From Octopus vulgaris (taxonomy: Eukaryota), in assembly GCA_951406725.2 (NCBI GenBank), contig OX597817.1:55490001-55554000 (forward strand): a stretch of DNA of 64,000 nucleotides. The letters run 5' to 3'. A program made the position numbers and the translations under genes. How positions within the stretch are numbered: position 1 is the stretch's first letter; every line of letters starts with the position of its first letter. Below the pieces are notes generated by a model. That model had not been told where the DNA came from. It saw only the letters and a program-made list of their open reading frames with translations, and made no database searches. This document shows, in pieces, positions 62,931 to 64,000 of the stretch.

Positions 62931-64000
62931 ATTAATTTTTTCTCATTACAGCCAGCGAATGTATTTTCTTCAAACGAAGAGATATTCGTTTACCCTAACA
63001 GAAGTAACATTACTCGAAATCGTAAGTTCTTAAACAATATGGAATCCCAGCTCAATTCGCAAGTACCCACTTCAGGTTATTGAAATGATTAGATATGGGC
63101 TAACGAGGGTACCTCCTTTTCGTGGACGTCTAATTTGACCGACTAGAAATATCACCCAAATTTCGATCAGATCACACTCTAACACCTTCCTAAGAAAACA
63201 GGGACAAATTGATTGAATGCGATTCTCGGTTCTCGCTTCCCGCTGTTTTTAAAAAAATCAATTTCTGGACTTGGATAAGTTCATTTCTTGCGCGCAGAGA
63301 GATGTTGCGTCACCAGAAATTAAATGATGGGGGTTTCGAGCTTATATTGTGAGAAATAAACTCTCTGGTTATGGTTGGCATACTTTGGATCGCATGTCTG
63401 TTCGATCGGTATTCACAGCAACAAAAACAACATAGAACAAACAATGTTACGTCTTAAGAGTCTTCAGAAGCGTATCTCACAAAAAAGCACTTAAATTTTA
63501 TCCAATCGAAATTCGTGGCAAACTCAATGGAAATTAATTAGAAAAGAGACTTGTGAAATAAACAAGACAATACAAGTCAATTATATAAAAGGAGGCTATT
63601 TGTGTTTTAACAATGAAAGCTGTATCGTTAACATGTCCCTCAGGCTACACTCCACCGAAATATCATATTCAGTGACAGACAAAACAGTCACGAGACGATG
63701 GATAGAGTCTTCCAAGCGATTAAATTGACGAATCTCTAACAAAAATGACATAAACATGTCATTCATGGAGTTGGAAAATAAAATAAAATGCTGCGACTTA
63801 ATGGGAGAGACCAGTCAGAGAATCAAGGCCTGGTGAATACATAAAAATCAACAATTAAAACCGCTTCAATACATTTGAAAATAAAGACTTAAAAAATATA
63901 ACTCACTGCAAGCGATCTCAACTGAAGTGGAATATTGAATGAATTACACCCAAAAATATTTTCACTACCTTCCTGGTAGACATGGAATCTTCTAAACCAG

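Overview
Gene-poor, AT-rich eukaryotic DNA made mostly of microsatellites ((TA)n, (TAA)n, (GATA)n, (GAA)n, (ATGT)n), tRNA-derived SINEs and transposon relics. The repeat mix looks like a coleoid cephalopod (Octopus-like) intron or intergenic region; this is inference and cannot be verified from the window. No host protein-coding exon can be supported, and nearly all listed ORFs are microsatellite translations. Recognisable elements: RLE-type (R4/Dong-like) LINE 3' fragments embedded in (TAA)n; two full-length, frameshifted irritans-like mariners in opposite orientation (8352-9641, 55508-56798); a decayed mellifera-like mariner; a Tc1 fragment; RTE-like LINE ends; a 252-bp foldback; and a ~7.5-kb duplication across a 100-N gap that is probably two uncollapsed haplotypes. 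The most interesting structure is an ORF-less, Penelope-like element at 21832-22913 built from direct plus inverted repeats. It carries an intact type I hammerhead ribozyme on each strand and lies in a ~2-kb cluster of further hammerhead motifs. Also notable are SINE multimers with a recurrent junction and a SINE array that seems to have captured ~270 bp of sequence from 9 kb away. All coordinates were read by eye; SINE boundaries are approximate.
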